This document shows, piece by piece, positions 22,231-25,515 of a stretch of DNA of 25,515 nucleotides. Every line of letters starts with the position of its first letter. Positions within the stretch are counted from its first letter, which is position 1. The stretch is taken from assembly GCA_002269645.1 (NCBI GenBank), contig NIVC01005125.1, forward strand, positions 1-25,515, given 5' to 3'. Position numbers and translations under genes: made by a program. The notes below the pieces were generated by a model. It did not search any database. It was not told the origin of the DNA and saw only the letters and a program-made list of their open reading frames with translations. Source of the DNA: Macrostomum lignano. Taxonomy: Eukaryota.

Positions 22231-23990
22231 ATGTCTGACTGGCTTGCTTCATCTGGTGTGTCGAACCGTGATGATTTGGTCTACATGGCTAAGCTTGCCG
22301 AGCAGGCCGAACGATATGATGACATGGCAGCTGCTATGAAGTCTGTAACAGAGAAGGGACAAGAGCTTGGAAACGAAGAAAGGAACTTGCTTTCTGTGGC
22401 CTACAAGAACGTCGTTGGTGCCAGACGTTCTTCATGGAGGGTTATTTCCAGCATTGAGAGCAAGACCGAAGGCCATGAAAGGAAACAGTCCACTGCAAAA
22501 GAATATCGTCAGAAGATTGAAGCTGAACTTCAAAAAGTATGCAAGGAAGTACTGGTAAGTAGGCCTATAGAAACGGCATTATGACTATATTCTCTACTTT
22601 ACTTTTCGCTCACATTTAGACCATAAAGTATTTATTGATGTAATTTTAATTTCTCTTAAAATTAACCATTGATAATGGCATTGTATTAATTTAATAAGTT
22701 ATAAATTATAAAGTAATACATAGTAGATACATATATTTAATTATGGCTATTATATCAATACTATATATAGTATAGTACATTGTATTAATATATAACTAGC
22801 AACTTACTCAGAAAACTGTCATCTATTTTTAGCTTAGTTCAACCTAGACAGCATCTTAAAAAAAACAAATATCTACTTGAAAGGTATCTTTTTTTGTATC
22901 ATTATGATTAATATATTTTTACAACTATATTTATATTTATTTAAATATTTATTATATATTTTAGTTTTATATGTATTTGATAGGGCCTAATGTAAACATT
23001 AATGTATAATATTTATAATAATTAATACTTATCAAAAAATGAATAATGATTGATAGGCTGTTCTATTAGTAGTATTAAATTTAATAACTCATTTTTAGAT
23101 TAAGAATCTTGATTATATGTCTATAACAATTTCTATTCTATTTAATATTATATATTATCAAATATATATATTAACCAAAAATAAACCTTTCTCTAGCTAA
23201 TAAATGTTGTTGTGACTTATATGCTTTATACAAAGAAAATAGACTATATCAAAATCATTTTCCTATCTTTAAAGACTGAAAAAATAGCCTTTTGTAATAA
23301 AACAAGTATTATCATTACTATGCATTATATTTAACATTTGTATAACTTATCTATCATTTTCTTTCATTTTGTAGAATCTGCTTGATGACTTTCTGATCAA
23401 GCAAGCTTCTACCCCAGAGTCGAAGGTCTTCTACTACAAGATGAAAGGTGATTATTACCGTTATCTGGCTGAAGTTGCCACTGGTGATGAGCGCAAGGAT
23501 GTCATTGACCAGTCTGAGGGTGCCTACAAGGCTGCCACTGAGCATGCTGAGTCTGAGCTGCCAACCACTCATCCAATTCGGCTTGGCCTGGCCCTCAACT
23601 ACTCTGTTTTCTTCTATGAAATCAAGAGTGAATCTGACAAGGCCTGCCAGCTGGCAAAGAAGGTAAATGAGGCTAATATATTAGCAATTTGATTGTCTCC
23701 TCAACTAGCTGGCAAGTAGCTAAGCTATTAATCAAACCACTCGTCTGATTTCCAGGCCTTTGACAATGCAATCGCCGACTTGGATGAAATTGGCGAGGAT
23801 TCCTACAAGGATTCGACACTCATTATGCAGCTCCTGCGAGACAACCTGACTGTAGGTTTACTCCATCTATTACATGGTGTTTTGCTGTACACTTCAGTGT
23901 TTTAAATAACTTTATTTGTATTTGAAACCTACTCCATTTTAGCTGTGGACATCTGAGCAAGGCGGAGAAGACGGAGAGCAGGATCAGTAA
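22231..23990 (+). CDS. YWHAZ: 14-3-3 protein, zeta-like (non-epsilon), 251 aa
   Basis: Exons 22231-22554, 23375-23662, 23756-23851 and 23943-23990 (TAA), all GT-AG and phase 0. Signatures [58 protein letters not shown] and [21 protein letters not shown]. The phosphopeptide-binding K, R, R and Y (zeta K49, R56, R127, Y128) are intact. Confidence 0.98.
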
Positions 23991-24104
23991 AGTCTACACA
24001 CCCAGCTCTGGCCACCAGCAGTACCGACTTATTTACTGTACTAATGACTTGATTAGATTGCATCAGTTGTCATTCTCAAATTTGTCCTACTCGGTATTAG
24101 TATT

Positions 24105-24110
24105 AATAAA
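24105..24110 (+). terminator. Candidate polyadenylation signal AATAAA for the 14-3-3 gene (a second lies at 24870-24875)
   Basis: Hexamer 115 bp after the stop codon in an AT-rich 3' region. Usage is not demonstrated. Confidence 0.4.
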
Positions 24111-25515
24111 AATTCCTTACTTATCTTACTACTATTATTATTATCGTTTATTCATGCTACCCTATGCTTTATACGATTCCTTAAATTCATCAACACAAAC
24201 TAAAATTTAGGTGTTGATTTGTGTTGTGTTTTCGGACAGCACAGATACTATTAGCTATTCATTTTTTATTATCTAATCGTTTCTTCTCTGATGAAAAACG
24301 AAAGCTATAAAATTTAGGATTTATTCGTTATTAGTCAACTATTCGTGTCTGTTGGTAAGGCTTACAATTAGACTAACTTTGAATTAAAATTAATGTAATG
24401 ATCCGAGAGCGATTTATTGTACATGTCAGCTGGCCAGTCTTTGCGCAAGTGCAGGATTCAAAAGCAGTAATTTTTTGTTAACTATTGGCTAAAAGCTGCT
24501 ATTAGGCTTCGAATCTGTAGTTCATCTGATTGATTAGTTTCACAAAATTATGCTTAATTGATCAGTACTATAATACTGATCTATTTGTCCGTCTCAGCAA
24601 CTCTGCCATGAAACTTAGTCAAGCTAACAGCGTTGTAATCTGCTGTGATTTTATTAATTTTATTGTGTATTTATTAGTATGGCACTATTCTGTCAGTATA
24701 TACAAACGTATACTATATATTATAATGCTATTTCTCAGCAGCAGGGCGCAGGTAACAAAACTGACAAATTGCATAAGCTCTACATTTTCCACAGTTTGCA
24801 AGTTTGCAACTTTAAAAATTAAACTACGAGCGTATGAATACGTGTAGAACTTTCGATAATTTTTGTCTCAATAAAACTGCTTTTGGTAATTATTTTTGAT
24901 TCCTTAAGACTTTGTCCTTTTTATTGCTTTTCTACGAGCATAAAGTGATTTTAAGATCAACGGAAATGATTATAGGCTGCATGCAAGATAACCCTTTAAA
25001 ATTAAAGTCTTGGTGAATGTTGTACTTTGAAACCGAGTATTCAGCTCCATTCTTGTTAAAGCGTTCAGTTGGATACTGTAATGTAGCAGAGGCTCATCAC
25101 AGAATCTACAAGCAAAGGCGTCGCCATGGATTTCATGGTGGAGAGGGGGCAAAGCCAAGAATTCTACATGTACATTTATGACCATTTAAATTTCTACATG
25201 TACATTATTTATGGAATCTGTGTCAGCGATCATTTTAGCGCCGCAGGTATACTCTTGGCGCCGCAGGTACATGTACCAGCTCATTGTGGTGGCGCGCAGG
25301 CGCTATGTTTTGTATAGCTGAAGCAAAACTATTGATTTCCATAACGGGTCACAAAGTGGGGTGGGGGACAACGCGGTAGGAGGCCACATCATCTGTGCTT
25401 AGCCGTGGCTAACCGCAGACCGTTCTGCTAGAGGCTGTTCATTATGATGTTTCAATTGCACCCTCACGGCGGCATGCACGTGCACTGTGTTTCATGCCAA
25501 ATGCGTACGTGCACA

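Noticed and set aside
24530-25317. ORFs of 105, 71 and 63 aa downstream of 14-3-3
   Set aside because: AT-rich, UTR-like or repeat-derived sequence with no recognisable domain or exon boundaries.

Overview
Eukaryotic, intron-containing genomic DNA, most likely from an invertebrate animal (the taxon cannot be fixed from the sequence alone). I reconstructed three spliced genes by hand, and every internal exon joins in phase. (1) A + strand pentameric ligand-gated ion channel of the Cys-less (Pro-loop) type: 8 confident exons at 8726-12841, with an unresolved GC-rich 5' end at about 7500-8175 that probably uses a GC-AG intron. (2) A - strand secreted single-domain GDSL phospholipase B1-like gene: 9 exons, 17864-14495, 440 aa. 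(3) A + strand 14-3-3 zeta-like gene: 4 exons, 22231-23990, 251 aa. Between the divergent PLB1-like and 14-3-3 genes lie a dead mariner transposon and a possible LTR-retrotransposon remnant. A tRNA-derived SINE sits antisense in a channel intron. The first 7 kb holds four tandem repeat arrays and no gene I recognise. There is no evidence for a prokaryotic-type system or a CRISPR array. The most interesting items are the Cys-less channel (no visible signal peptide and a very basic post-M4 tail, hinting at unusual topology), its odd 5' end, and a roughly 20-fold enriched TACATGTA palindrome that also brackets a 1.1-kb C-free purine minisatellite.
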